From NCBI GenBank assembly GCA_963696385.1, contig CAVOKF010000005.1:1280001-1344000 (forward strand): a DNA stretch of 64,000 nucleotides. Reading direction: 5' to 3'. The position numbers and the translations under genes were made by a program. The notes below the pieces were generated by a model, which was given only the letters and a program-made list of their open reading frames with translations, was not told the origin of the DNA and ran no database searches. The DNA comes from an uncultured delta proteobacterium. Lineage in GTDB: Bacteria; Myxococcota_A; Polyangia; Polyangiales; Polyangiaceae. Positions 31,160 to 41,264 of this stretch are shown piece after piece (the stretch's first letter is position 1; each line of letters begins with the position of its first letter).

Positions 31160-33379
31160 TCAGGGTCGAGCGATTTGGTCGAGCGCGAAGGCGTATTCGT
31201 CGGCAAGCTTTTCGACGGTGGACCGAACCAGATCGGCGCCTCCGTGGCCCGAGTGCTTTTCGATGCGCAGCAGCACCGGACCGCCGACCGAAGCCCATTG
31301 GAGCTCTGCCGCGAACTTTCGGGCGTGCATGGGGTCCACCCGGTCGTCGCTGTCTGCGCTCAACAGCAGCGTGGCCGGGTACCGCGTGCCTTTGGTGACG
31401 TGATGGATGGGCGAATAAGCATAGAGAGCCGCAAAGTCGTCCGCGTCATCCGCCGATCCGTACTCGGTGACCCACGTCTTGCCGCTGCCGAACAGCTGGT
31501 ACCGAAGCATGTCGAGAAGCGGCACTCCGCACAACGCAACGCGGAACAAATCCGGTCGCTGCGTGATGGCAGCGCCGACCAGCAGCCCTCCGTTCGAAGC
31601 ACCCATCGCGACGAGCTTTTCGGGTACCGTGAGTCCAAGTCGGACGAGCTCTTCGGCGACAGCATAGTAATCGTCGAACACGTGCTGCTTTTCGCGTCGC
31701 ATGCCGTGACGGTGCCACCCTTCGCCGTATTCGCTGCCGCCGCGCAAATTCGCGACCACCCAAATCCCGCCGTGCTCGAGCCACGGGAAGATCGACGACG
31801 AGAAAACGGGCGTCTGCGCGGCCTGAAACCCGCCGTAGCCATAGAGGATCGTCGGCGCTTGCCCGGTGGGGCGCAGGTCCCCGGCGCGCACGACGAAAAA
31901 GGGGACGCGCGTGCCGTCGCGACTTGCCGCAAAACGCTGCTCGACGACGTATTTGGAGGCGTCCACGGGAACCTTCAGCGTGTACCAACTCGATGTCTTG
32001 CCCGTGGAGACGCTCGTTTCGAAGATCTCGGTCGGAGACGTGAACGATTGGAACGAATAATAGGCGATGTCGTCGTCGGGCTCGCCGTAGAGCGCGCTCG
32101 CGGAGCCCAGGGTCGGCAGCACGATGGCACGAACGAGTTTCCCGTTCTCGTCACGCAGTTCGACCTGGCTGACGACGTCCTTGAGGTATGCGAGCGAGAG
32201 ATTGTGTCCCGCGAGGGTGAGGGCTTCCAGAGTGGCATCGTCGCGTTCTGCAACAATCTCGACCCATTGGTCTCGGTCCGGGCGCTCCGGGTCGACCCGA
32301 AACACCCGGTATCGCGGGGCGCCCTCGTTTGTCAAAACGAAGAAGCGATCGCGATCGACGCTGACGTCGTAACGTGCGTCCTTGCCCACGATGAGCGGCC
32401 TCCACCGCGGCTCGGGGGCATGCAGGTCTTGGAAGTAGACGTCCGTGCTGGTCCAACCGTGCTCAATCGTCGCAACGAGCCAGCGTCCGTCGCGAGAGAC
32501 TCCCGCGCCGATGAACGTCTGAGGATCCCCCGTTCTTCCGTGCACCACCGGGTCGGTACTCGGATCGGTTCCGAGTCGGTGATAGCGAACCTCGGCGTAC
32601 CCGGGCCGATCCGCCACAGGCACGCTGCCGGCGGGGGGAAGCCACGTATAGTAGAAACCTTTGCCCGACGGCTCCCACGAAGGCCACGCATATTTGGCCC
32701 CTTGAATCACATCGATCGCGCTCTGGTCTCCGGTGGCGACGTCCATCACCGTCAGCGTCGCTTCGTCGGAATTGTTCTGCTTGACTGTGTACGCAACCTT
32801 CTTGCCGTCGTACGAGACACTCCACACTCCGAGCGAGAGGCTTCCGTCGCTCGACCAGGGGTTGGGATCGAGCAGCACCGTCTCTGGCCCGTTGCGGCCT
32901 TCCCTCCAATAGACCGCGAATTTCTCCTTGCCCGCGTCACGTTTCGGGAAAAACCACCGGTTGGCGTAGTGGCGTGGCGCGCCAACGGTCTCCACGTAAG
33001 AGAGCTCTTTGAGGCGCGCCGCGAAGGCTTCGCGTCCTGGAAGACCTGCGAGGATCGCTCGCGCGATCGCATTTTGGAGGGCTGACCAGGCCTTCACTTC
33101 CTGGCTTTGGTCGTCTTCGAGCCAGCGGTAGGGATCGGGGACCGCGATTCCGTGCAGCGTGTCGGTCGTGGCTCCCCGGCGCGTCGGCGGGTAGTTCATG
33201 GCTGCGTTGGGGGCGGGCGTGGAGTCAGCGGGCATCGGGGTCGACGTGGGAGAGGGGGGAGCGGCGCCGTGGGGCGGTCGGGCGGATGTCTCCAATCGGC
33301 CAGCGCACGCAGCGCCACCGAGCGAGAATAAGAGCGACCACGAGACGGCTGCCGACGGCTTCACGGACCCCGCGACCAT
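31160..33379 (-). CDS. Prolyl oligopeptidase (S9A), exported
   Basis: DPYRWLED, YGYGGF, NLRGGSEYG, GASNGG (Ser), DDRV (Asp), SGHG (His); signal or lipoprotein-like N-terminus. Confidence 0.96.
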   Translation of the reverse strand: MVAGSVKPSAAVSWSLLFSLGGAACAGRLETSARPPHGAAPPSPTSTPMPADSTPAPNAAMNYPPTRRGATTDTLHGIAVPDPYRWLEDDQSQEVKAWSALQNAIARAILAGLPGREAFAARLKELSYVETVGAPRHYANRWFFPKRDAGKEKFAVYWREGRNGPETVLLDPNPWSSDGSLSLGVWSVSYDGKKVAYTVKQNNSDEATLTVMDVATGDQSAIDVIQGAKYAWPSWEPSGKGFYYTWLPPAGSVPVADRPGYAEVRYHRLGTDPSTDPVVHGRTGDPQTFIGAGVSRDGRWLVATIEHGWTSTDVYFQDLHAPEPRWRPLIVGKDARYDVSVDRDRFFVLTNEGAPRYRVFRVDPERPDRDQWVEIVAERDDATLEALTLAGHNLSLAYLKDVVSQVELRDENGKLVRAIVLPTLGSASALYGEPDDDIAYYSFQSFTSPTEIFETSVSTGKTSSWYTLKVPVDASKYVVEQRFAASRDGTRVPFFVVRAGDLRPTGQAPTILYGYGGFQAAQTPVFSSSIFPWLEHGGIWVVANLRGGSEYGEGWHRHGMRREKQHVFDDYYAVAEELVRLGLTVPEKLVAMGASNGGLLVGAAITQRPDLFRVALCGVPLLDMLRYQLFGSGKTWVTEYGSADDADDFAALYAYSPIHHVTKGTRYPATLLLSADSDDRVDPMHARKFAAELQWASVGGPVLLRIEKHSGHGGADLVRSTVEKLADEYAFALDQIARP

Positions 33380-33405
33380 AGCCCGCGCGAAGCGCTGCGG
33401 CTCGC

Positions 33406-33580
33406 CTAGTCCCCGGAACAGAAGTTCCTGGCGGAACCTCTGTGCTTCGCCGACGCCTTCGGCGTCCTCTGGGGGACTAGACGTTTTCCTTGGGCTCCGC
33501 CCAACCCCGAATGCGCCCCGCGACTTCGCTAGTCCCCTGGCCTCGCTCTTCTCACAGGAATCACATTACCAGGGGACTGG
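33406..33580. repeat. Two CTAGTCCCC-bounded inverted-repeat units (MITE/REP-like)
   Basis: CTAGTCCCC (33406) ... GGGGACTAG (33480), and CTAGTCCCCTGG (33529) ... CCAGGGGACTGG (33580). Hairpin GACGCC-TTC-GGCGTC lies inside the first unit and TTGGGC-TCC-GCCCAA between the units. Confidence 0.7.
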
Positions 33581-33686
33581 ACGCAAGCTTGAGGCGGCCA
33601 AGTTGTAGACTGCCTGCGCGTTGCACGTCCGTCCGCCCAATCTGAAGCTCGGCCGCGAACCGCTGGACCTCGGCGGTGCGCCGCGC

Positions 33687-34727
33687 ATGCGGCCCACGAC
33701 TCGCTTGCGGATCTTGCTTCGCGAGCACGGACGCAAGCTTTGGTGGATTCACTCGGGGTACGCACTCGCTCTCGGCGCCGGGGTCGTCGCGTTCGCAAGG
33801 AAAGGCTTCGAACATGCGCGCTGGCTGGCCGTCTCTCTGGGCGTGGCGTGGTTGCTCATGGTGGTGTTCTTTCGGGTGTTTCGGTCCGACGATCCGCCGA
33901 GCGCCTTCGACGAGGCGGGCCGCGGAACGCGCGTCCGCTTCTACGTAATGACCTACGCCCTCAAGAATCTTTATCAAGGGATGCTGTTTTTCTTACTCCC
34001 CTTCTACTGGCAGTCGACGACGTTCGACGCGGCAAACGCCTGGTTCGTGCTGGTCCTCGCGGCGTGCGCGGTGATTTCGACGCTCGATATCGTCTTCGAT
34101 CGCGTGCTGATGCGACGGCGATGGCTCGCGTCCCTATTTCACGGTATCACCCTTTTTGGCTGCTTGAATCTCGTGACGCCAGCGCTCTTCCCGGACACGC
34201 GGACGCTCTGGTCGTTGCTCGCGGCGACGGCCATTTCGGTCGTCAGTTTTTGGACGATCCACGTCACGAATCGCCAACTTAAAAATAAGATTTACATCCC
34301 CATTTTCGCCATGAGTCTCGCAGCCGGCATGGGGGTGGCGTACGCGGCCAGGGCGGCCATTCCGCCGGTCCCGATGTACGTATCCACGGCGGGGGTCGGT
34401 CCCAAACAGCTCACGGACGGACGACTGGCCATGGCCGTCAAGACGTTGCACCCGTCTGTCATCCAGGAGCTCATTGCCGTGACGGACGTCGTCGTCCCCG
34501 GGGGCAAGGGTGACCAACTTCGGCATGTGTGGCGCCATCAAGGACGGGAGGTGCACAGGCAAAGCGAACAGACATCCCGAATCGCCGGGCCCAAGGGCGT
34601 GGTGCGCTTGCGCTCGTCGCTTCGCGCAAACGACTTGCCGACCGAACTCGTCGGCCGATGGTCGGTGGACGTTGAGACCGAAGACGGGCAGCTTGTCGGA
34701 CGCACGGAGTTTGATGTCGTCGAGTGA
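33687..34727 (+). CDS. Polytopic membrane protein with C-terminal DUF2914-like domain
   Basis: Multiple TMs (LFFLLPFYWQS, ISTLD), ending LRHVWRH...GRWSVDVETEDGQLVG. Confidence 0.8.
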   Translation: MRPTTRLRILLREHGRKLWWIHSGYALALGAGVVAFARKGFEHARWLAVSLGVAWLLMVVFFRVFRSDDPPSAFDEAGRGTRVRFYVMTYALKNLYQGMLFFLLPFYWQSTTFDAANAWFVLVLAACAVISTLDIVFDRVLMRRRWLASLFHGITLFGCLNLVTPALFPDTRTLWSLLAATAISVVSFWTIHVTNRQLKNKIYIPIFAMSLAAGMGVAYAARAAIPPVPMYVSTAGVGPKQLTDGRLAMAVKTLHPSVIQELIAVTDVVVPGGKGDQLRHVWRHQGREVHRQSEQTSRIAGPKGVVRLRSSLRANDLPTELVGRWSVDVETEDGQLVGRTEFDVVE

Positions 34728-34834
34728 ACAGTCGAGCACGAATCGTGCCACATATGGGATCAAACTTTGCTGGAGCGAACCTTGGGCCTTCGAGCACCCA
34801 AAGACGCGAAGCCCGATCCCAACCGGAGGTGACG

Positions 34835-35392
34835 ATGGAGAGTCTCGTGACGTATCTCGTCGCAGCGATGGTCGCATGGGTGCCGCCGCATGCTCAGGCA
34901 CCGATCGAATCGCCCGAACAAGTGAAGGCTCGATACGAAGATATAGCGCGCGATCTGGCGTCGGTGATTCTCGACGAAGCGGAGGCGCCCCTCTTTGCCG
35001 GACACGATGCGCGCGCCCAGACGGCGCTCCTCATGCTGTCGGTCGCCTCGTACGAGAGCTCGTTTCGCAAGTCCGTCGACGATGGTCTTGGCCGTGGGGA
35101 CGGAGGCAGTTCATATTGCTTGATGCAAATCCGCGTGGGGCAAGGCATGACTCGCGAAGGGTGGACGGGGCCCCAGCTCATCGACGATCGAAAACGATGC
35201 TTTCGAGCCGCCCTTCACATGCTGCACGGCTCCTTTGCAGCCTGTCGCTCATTCCCACTCGACGATCGCCTGAGCGCATACATAACGGGGCACTGCTTCG
35301 TCAGCGCGTCGATTTCACGCCTTCGCGTCGCCAGGGCGCGGGCCTGGTGGAGCACCCACGCTCGCCCTCGACCAGGGCCGGACGCGAGCTGA
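34835..35392 (+). CDS. Hypothetical exported protein, possible lysozyme-like (SLT) fold
   Basis: GGAGGT RBS, signal peptide, SVASYESSF...SYCLMQI. Confidence 0.7.
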   Translation: MESLVTYLVAAMVAWVPPHAQAPIESPEQVKARYEDIARDLASVILDEAEAPLFAGHDARAQTALLMLSVASYESSFRKSVDDGLGRGDGGSSYCLMQIRVGQGMTREGWTGPQLIDDRKRCFRAALHMLHGSFAACRSFPLDDRLSAYITGHCFVSASISRLRVARARAWWSTHARPRPGPDAS

Positions 35393-35481
35393 ACATCGGA
35401 CGGGCGCATTGCCGCCTCGGTCGCCCAAGTTGCCACGGCTTCGATCGCGCCGAAGTTAGAACGTGACGACGTCCTTGGCTT

Positions 35482-37257
35482 ATGGATGAGACCAAAGAGC
35501 GCCTGATGTCCGAGGCATTCACTCCCCAAGAGCATCCGCCCGTCCTCGGCACGCCGGCAACGTCGACATCCGCGCGCCCCGTGGTTCGAGGGATCCACAG
35601 GGGGGCGTCGGTCGGCGCGTGGCGCTTCGTACGAGCTTATACGACCACCTTCATCGTCATCGCGAGCTACGTCGCGCTGGCGGTGCGCGCGCGTGTGTTT
35701 GGTCGAATCTGGCGGGACGCGCACATCGGCGCCGTCCACACGCGAAATGCCCGGCGCGTGTATCGGGCCATCGTGGATTTGCAGGGACTGTTCATCAAAA
35801 TCGGTCAATTGCTGTCGATCATGGCGAATTTCCTCCCCGATGAGTTCCGCGTCGAGCTGGAGGCGTTGCAGGACCAGGTCCCTCCGCGGCCCTACGCGGA
35901 GATCGCAGAGCGTCTCGAGCGCGAACTCGGTCCACGAATGGCCATGATATCGTCGCTTGAGCGCGAGCCGATCGCGAGCGCTTCGCTTGGGCAGGTGCAC
36001 GGGGCCTATCTGGTCGACGGTCGTCGCGTCTGCTTCAAGGTGCAGCACCGGGAAATCGATCGGATCGTCGTGCTCGACCTGGCCACGATTCGGCACATCA
36101 TGCGGATCGTTCGATGGTTTGCGCCCGTTCAGGGGCTCGACGCCTATTATCATCAGATCAAGGAGCTCTTGTCGCAGGAGCTCGACTTCGAGCTCGAGGC
36201 CGACAACATCGAGCGGATCGCCAGAAACTTCGCGAAAGACGACCGCGTCGTCTTCCCGGAGCCGCTGCGCGAACTGTGCACCCGACGGGTGTTGACCACG
36301 ACGTTCGTCGAAGGCGTCAAGGTAAGCGATGTAACAGCGCTCGACGGTTTGGGTGTCGACAAGCGAGAGGTCGCACGGCGCCTCGTTCGCTTGTACTGCC
36401 AAATGATTTTCGTCGACGGCGTCTACCACGCCGACCCCCATCCGGGGAATTTGCTGGTGCAAAAGGAAGGCAAGATCGTTCTACTCGATTTTGGGGCCGT
36501 CGCTGAACTCAGCCCGCGCATGAGGGAGGGAATCACGGAATTCCTCGAAGGGGTTCTTCGACGCGACACGGATCGGCTTGTCAAGTCGATGCGCAAGATG
36601 GGGTTCATTTCTCGCGCCACCGATGACACATTGAGCGAGAGGATCATCGAGTACTTCCATCGGCGGTTTCAGGAGGAGGTCCGTCTCGACAGCTTCAACT
36701 TGAAAGATCTGCGCATCGACCCTCAGAGGGGATTGGAGAATCTTCTCGATCTGCGACGTATGAACATCGGGCTGCGCGAACTGTCCGGTGCATTTCATAT
36801 TCCGAAGGACTGGGTTCTTCTCGAACGCACTCTCTTGCTCGTCTACGGCTGCTGCTCGCTTCTGGACCCCGAACTCAATCCGGTGGCGATCATTCAACCG
36901 TACTTGCATCAGTACGTGCTCGGAAGCCGTGATTTCGCGCAGATCGCCATGGAGTCCATTCGCGACGTCGCGATGGGTGCGATGACCCTCCCGGAAGACG
37001 TCCGTCGGTTCTTGACCAAGGCGAGCCGTGGCGAGCTCGAAGTCCGGGTGCGAGGATTGCGAGATGCAACGACGGCCCTGTACGCAGCCGGTCGCCAGAT
37101 GATCTACACCGCAATCGCGCTGTTCGCAGGGTATGAGGGACTCGACTGTTGGCGGCACCGTGAACTGTTGCTGGCTCGCTGGCTCGTCGGTGTTTCGATC
37201 GCCAGCGCGATCCTTTTGCTCGGGTCCAGCATTCTGTCGCGACCCCGGGGTCGCTGA
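35482..37257 (+). CDS. ABC1/AarF/UbiB family kinase
   Basis: FIKIGQ, LQDQVPP, ASASLGQVH, HADPHPGN, LDFG; C-terminal TMs. Confidence 0.93.
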   Translation: MDETKERLMSEAFTPQEHPPVLGTPATSTSARPVVRGIHRGASVGAWRFVRAYTTTFIVIASYVALAVRARVFGRIWRDAHIGAVHTRNARRVYRAIVDLQGLFIKIGQLLSIMANFLPDEFRVELEALQDQVPPRPYAEIAERLERELGPRMAMISSLEREPIASASLGQVHGAYLVDGRRVCFKVQHREIDRIVVLDLATIRHIMRIVRWFAPVQGLDAYYHQIKELLSQELDFELEADNIERIARNFAKDDRVVFPEPLRELCTRRVLTTTFVEGVKVSDVTALDGLGVDKREVARRLVRLYCQMIFVDGVYHADPHPGNLLVQKEGKIVLLDFGAVAELSPRMREGITEFLEGVLRRDTDRLVKSMRKMGFISRATDDTLSERIIEYFHRRFQEEVRLDSFNLKDLRIDPQRGLENLLDLRRMNIGLRELSGAFHIPKDWVLLERTLLLVYGCCSLLDPELNPVAIIQPYLHQYVLGSRDFAQIAMESIRDVAMGAMTLPEDVRRFLTKASRGELEVRVRGLRDATTALYAAGRQMIYTAIALFAGYEGLDCWRHRELLLARWLVGVSIASAILLLGSSILSRPRGR

Positions 37258-37281
37258 GTTTTCGTGTATCTTGCCGTTTCC

Positions 37282-38799
37282 ATGCCTCGTCACCTCCTGG
37301 CGATCGATCAAGGGACCACGGGCTCGACGGCGCTCGTTGTCGAAGTGGTCGGCGGTTGTGCGGGCCGAACGCTCGGCCGATCGACGGCCGAGTTTCGGCA
37401 GCACTTCCCCCGGCCGGGGTGGGTCTCGCACGACGCGATGGAAATTTGGACGAGCGTGGAAGAGTGCGTTCGCGATGCGCTGAGGGCGGCCGGAGTCTCG
37501 CAAAGCGACGTCGCGGCGATTGGCATTGCGAACCAGCGCGAGACGACCCTCGTTTGGGAGCGTGAAACGCGCAAGCCCATCGATCTCGCGATCGTTTGGC
37601 AGTGCCGGCGCACTTCCGCCGTTTGCGAGGCGTTGAAGGCAGACCCTCGCACGGTGGCGCGCGTGCGGGAGAGGACTGGGCTCGTGATCGACGCGTACTT
37701 CAGTGCAACGAAGATCGCGTGGCTGCTCGACCACGTCGAAGGCGCGCGGGAGCGCGCCGCCCGCGGCGAACTGGCCTTCGGCACGATCGACACCTTCCTC
37801 GTCAGCGAGTTGACGAGTGGTGCGGCTCACGTCACCGACGTGACCAACGCATCGCGCACGCTGCTGATGAATCTCGCGCGGGGCGAGTGGGACGCCGAAA
37901 TGTGCGGGCTCTTTCGAGTTCCCGAGACGGTGCTTCCCACCATCGTCGGGAGCGCCGAAGTCGTCGGACGCACAAACGGCGTCGGCTTCTTGCCCGATGG
38001 GGTGCCGATCGCGGGAATCGCGGGCGATCAGCAAGCGGCGTTGTTCGGACAGGGCTGCTTTCGCGAGGGCGATGCGAAGTGCACTTACGGCACCGGTGCG
38101 TTCGTCTTGATGAACATCGGCGACCGTCCAATCTGGAGCGATCACGGCCTGGTGACCACCGCTGCGTGGCGGATTAACGGCGCTACGACGTACGCGCTAG
38201 AGGGCAGCGCATTCATTGCGGGCGCTGCGGTTCAATGGCTCCGCGATGGACTCGGCATCATCCAAGCCGCGAAGGACGTCGAGGTTCTCGCGAAGCGCGT
38301 CTCCAGCAGCGAGGGGGTCGTATTCGTCCCCGCGCTGGCCGGCTTGGGCGCACCCTATTGGGATCCCGATGCGAGAGGTACGATTACCGGCCTCACGCGC
38401 GGAACGACCGCGGCTCATCTGGCCCGCGCCACACTCGAGGGGATCGCGTTCGAAGTGGGCGATCTCTTGGATGCCATGGTCAAGGACGCGAAGCATCCGC
38501 TGGCGCGGCTGCGCGTCGACGGGGGGGCTGCTGCCAACGATACCCTCCTGCAGTTTCAGGCCGATGTCGCCGACGTGGTCGTCGAGCGTCCGGCAGACGT
38601 CGAGTCCACCGGACGCGGCGCCGCCATGCTGGCGGGCATCGGTTCGGCTCTTTGCTCGGGGTTTGACGAAGCTGCGCGTCTCGTGCGGTTCGAGTCCAGG
38701 TTCGAACCGAGATGGGCGCAAGCCGAGCGAGCGGCCCACTGGGACCGCTGGACGGATGCCGTGCGCCGCGCGCGCTCGGTGCGTCCGAGTCCGCTTTGA
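37282..38799 (+). CDS. glpK: Glycerol kinase
   Basis: DQGTT, NQRET, YFSATK, TDVTNASRT, GDQQAALFG, KCTYGTG and LRVDGG motifs. Confidence 0.97.
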   Translation: MPRHLLAIDQGTTGSTALVVEVVGGCAGRTLGRSTAEFRQHFPRPGWVSHDAMEIWTSVEECVRDALRAAGVSQSDVAAIGIANQRETTLVWERETRKPIDLAIVWQCRRTSAVCEALKADPRTVARVRERTGLVIDAYFSATKIAWLLDHVEGARERAARGELAFGTIDTFLVSELTSGAAHVTDVTNASRTLLMNLARGEWDAEMCGLFRVPETVLPTIVGSAEVVGRTNGVGFLPDGVPIAGIAGDQQAALFGQGCFREGDAKCTYGTGAFVLMNIGDRPIWSDHGLVTTAAWRINGATTYALEGSAFIAGAAVQWLRDGLGIIQAAKDVEVLAKRVSSSEGVVFVPALAGLGAPYWDPDARGTITGLTRGTTAAHLARATLEGIAFEVGDLLDAMVKDAKHPLARLRVDGGAAANDTLLQFQADVADVVVERPADVESTGRGAAMLAGIGSALCSGFDEAARLVRFESRFEPRWAQAERAAHWDRWTDAVRRARSVRPSPL

Positions 38800-39066
38800 A
38801 TGCGGGTACTTCCGCAGCTGCCGTTTGACGGCGCTCAGCCCTCTCGCATGCCTCGAAGGACCGCGGGTCGGAGGCCCCCCTTTCGCGCCGGGCGTGCGCG
38901 TGCGATTCTCGGAGAGAGCGCACGCATGCGATCGACGAAAGTGCGTCTCAGGTTCTTCTGCCGGCCGTTACGCGCCCGAGCCCGGCGCGCTTGCGCGTTC
39001 CAGCACGCTGGATCTCGGACAGCCGGTCGCTTCGAGGCCGGTCATTTCGCCGGAGAAAGGAAAGCC

Positions 39067-39861
39067 ATGTCGAGCAGCAATGCGGGGGATCGCTCGGGGT
39101 CGGGCACCGTGCCTGCGCCCTTGCGCGACGTGCCCGTGGACTGGGAGGCGCTCGAGGATGCCTTCGAAAACAACGCGCCCGAGGTGCACAGCTATTTGCA
39201 TTTGACAACGGGCGAAGTCTTGCGAGTGGTCGACGGCGTCGCCGACCCGCAAATGCACGTGCGGATCGCGTCGGACGGCACGTATTTGCGCGTCGAGCCT
39301 GTCAGTTCACGCGAGCAATATCGCTGGATGGAGCGCTTCATTCCCACGGTGGACGACACCGAGCTTCGGAGCAAGCTCTCGCAGGCTATCGACGGCAAGG
39401 GGGCGTTCCGTCGCTTCAAGGACGTGCTGATGAACTACGCTACCGACCGCGAGCGGTGGTTTGCGTTTCGCAGCGAGCGGCTGCGGACCTTCATGGAGGC
39501 CTGGTTGAACGCTCACGCCATCCAATCGGTCGCGAGACAAGCGTGGTCGGATCCGGCGCCGGCGCCGGCGCCGGCACCGCCGCCCGAATCCGCTCCGGAG
39601 TCGACCGAGGATTCCGCACCGAAATCGCAGAGTGGCCGCAGGCTCCGCAACGCCGAGACCTTGCGCCAGAGCTTGAGAGAACTTGGGGAGACGCTCGGAC
39701 CGAGGGATCTCGAGATCGTCGTAGGGTTCGCCGAGTTTCTCAAAGCTCGGCGGGCTGCCCGCAGCTTTGCCCATCATCACGATCACATGCTTCAAGAGCG
39801 AGGAGCGACGGCACCTTCGACGTCGGAGGATTCCCTGAAGAAGGGCGACGAATCGTCGTGA
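39067..39861 (+). CDS. UPF0158 family protein with C-terminal extension
   Basis: YLHLTTGEV, QYRWMERF, AIDGKGAFRRFKD, RWFAF; Pro-Ala linker; AGGA RBS. Confidence 0.85.
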   Translation: MSSSNAGDRSGSGTVPAPLRDVPVDWEALEDAFENNAPEVHSYLHLTTGEVLRVVDGVADPQMHVRIASDGTYLRVEPVSSREQYRWMERFIPTVDDTELRSKLSQAIDGKGAFRRFKDVLMNYATDRERWFAFRSERLRTFMEAWLNAHAIQSVARQAWSDPAPAPAPAPPPESAPESTEDSAPKSQSGRRLRNAETLRQSLRELGETLGPRDLEIVVGFAEFLKARRAARSFAHHHDHMLQERGATAPSTSEDSLKKGDESS

Positions 39862-40571
39862 ATTCACGGGGCGGCTCCGCAAAAGTCCTTGCGACATGGG
39901 CCGCGATGGTCTTGCCGGGGGTCGCGCTCGCAGACGATGCACCGACGCACGCCGTCGTCGATCGCGCCGTGGTTCGGTTCGTCACGGCCGAGACAGGCGG
40001 ATCCGAGCGGCCGCGCTTCGTCTTCGAGAGAACGCTCGCGCTCGAGGCACGGCTCGAGCTGATGGCAGAGCGGCCGGAGGGTTTGGGCGAAGGATACGAC
40101 GAGCGGCACGTGAGAGCCGCGCTTGACCACGACATCGGGGAGGAGGTGCTCACGGCTCTGGCCGAGAAGCTCATCTCGGGCTCGCCCTCCGGGCGGCGGC
40201 CGACGGAGCGGGATTTGGCACGTCTTCAAGACGAGCTTACCCTGGCGCTCTTCGAGCGGCTGGGAGGGCAAGGTCGCGTCGAGGCGGCGGCAGCCGCCGA
40301 GCAGCTCGACGCATCCGAGGTTCAGGCTTTGTGGCGTCGCCGCGCGCTTGCGGCCTTCTACGTGGATCGGGCCGTTACCCAAGTTCTCGAACCGAGCGAG
40401 GAGCAGCTGAGAGAGGTGTTCCGTACCTCCGCGCATCCGTATCGCGGCAAACCGTTCGAGGAGGTACGGACCCCGCTGCGACGCTGGTTCATCACGGAGC
40501 GCCTGCGCGCCGCAGAGAGTGCGTTCATGCAAGGGGCACGGGCGCGCCTTCGCATCGTACTCACCCGGTGA
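39858..40571 (+). CDS. Exported hypothetical protein (SurA-N-like)
   Basis: GTGA overlap with the upstream gene; signal peptide then VVDRAVVRF, EPSEEQLREVF, FEEVR, ARARLRI. Confidence 0.7.
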   Translation: MNSRGGSAKVLATWAAMVLPGVALADDAPTHAVVDRAVVRFVTAETGGSERPRFVFERTLALEARLELMAERPEGLGEGYDERHVRAALDHDIGEEVLTALAEKLISGSPSGRRPTERDLARLQDELTLALFERLGGQGRVEAAAAAEQLDASEVQALWRRRALAAFYVDRAVTQVLEPSEEQLREVFRTSAHPYRGKPFEEVRTPLRRWFITERLRAAESAFMQGARARLRIVLTR

Positions 40572-41235
40572 CGAACCGAGCCACCTCGTCGGCTACCGTC
40601 TCGATCACTTCGTCGGGCCTCCGCCCGGGCCGCTTGGGCAGCGAGAGGGAATGATCGGCGCCCTCGACCACGAACAGACGCGAACCCTGCGAGAGGGATT
40701 CGACGATCGGGCGAAGCTCGTCCGGACGTCCGAACGGATCGCCCGAGCCCTGGACGAACAGCATAGGCGCGCGCACCCGCGCGAGATGAGCCGCGCGCAG
40801 CTGCTCAGGCTTGCCCGGCGGGTGAAGTGGATATCCGAGGAGCACGAGGCCGGCCAATTGCGGGGCGCCGACGTCGTCGTCGCCGGCTACATGGGTCGCG
40901 ATGCGCCCTCCCATCGACTTGCCGCCGATGAAGAGCGGAACGTCCGGAGACGACCATCGAACCCGCAGTGCGGCAAGCGCGGCGCGCCAAGTCGTCTCGA
41001 GAACGCGGGTCGGGTCCGGTGCGCGCCTTCCTGCAGAAACATAGAGAAAATCGAACGTGAAGACGTGGATCTTGCGTCTTGCTAGCGCGCAAGCGATGCC
41101 CACCATGAAGGGATGGCTTTGCCGCCCGCCCGCTCCATGACCGAGTACGATGCGTGCGCAAGGCTCACCCGTGGCGTAGAAAAGCCCCGATCCGGTCCGG
41201 CCATCTACCTCGAATGTGAAGCCCGTCGAGCTCAC
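40561..41235 (-). CDS. Alpha/beta hydrolase (KANL3/Tex30-like)
   Basis: HGAG, GGKSMGG, GYPLHP, QGSGDPFG, DHS. Confidence 0.9.
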   Translation of the reverse strand: MSSTGFTFEVDGRTGSGLFYATGEPCARIVLGHGAGGRQSHPFMVGIACALARRKIHVFTFDFLYVSAGRRAPDPTRVLETTWRAALAALRVRWSSPDVPLFIGGKSMGGRIATHVAGDDDVGAPQLAGLVLLGYPLHPPGKPEQLRAAHLARVRAPMLFVQGSGDPFGRPDELRPIVESLSQGSRLFVVEGADHSLSLPKRPGRRPDEVIETVADEVARFVTG

Positions 41236-41264
41236 GATGAATTCGAGGTAACACGCGATGATTC

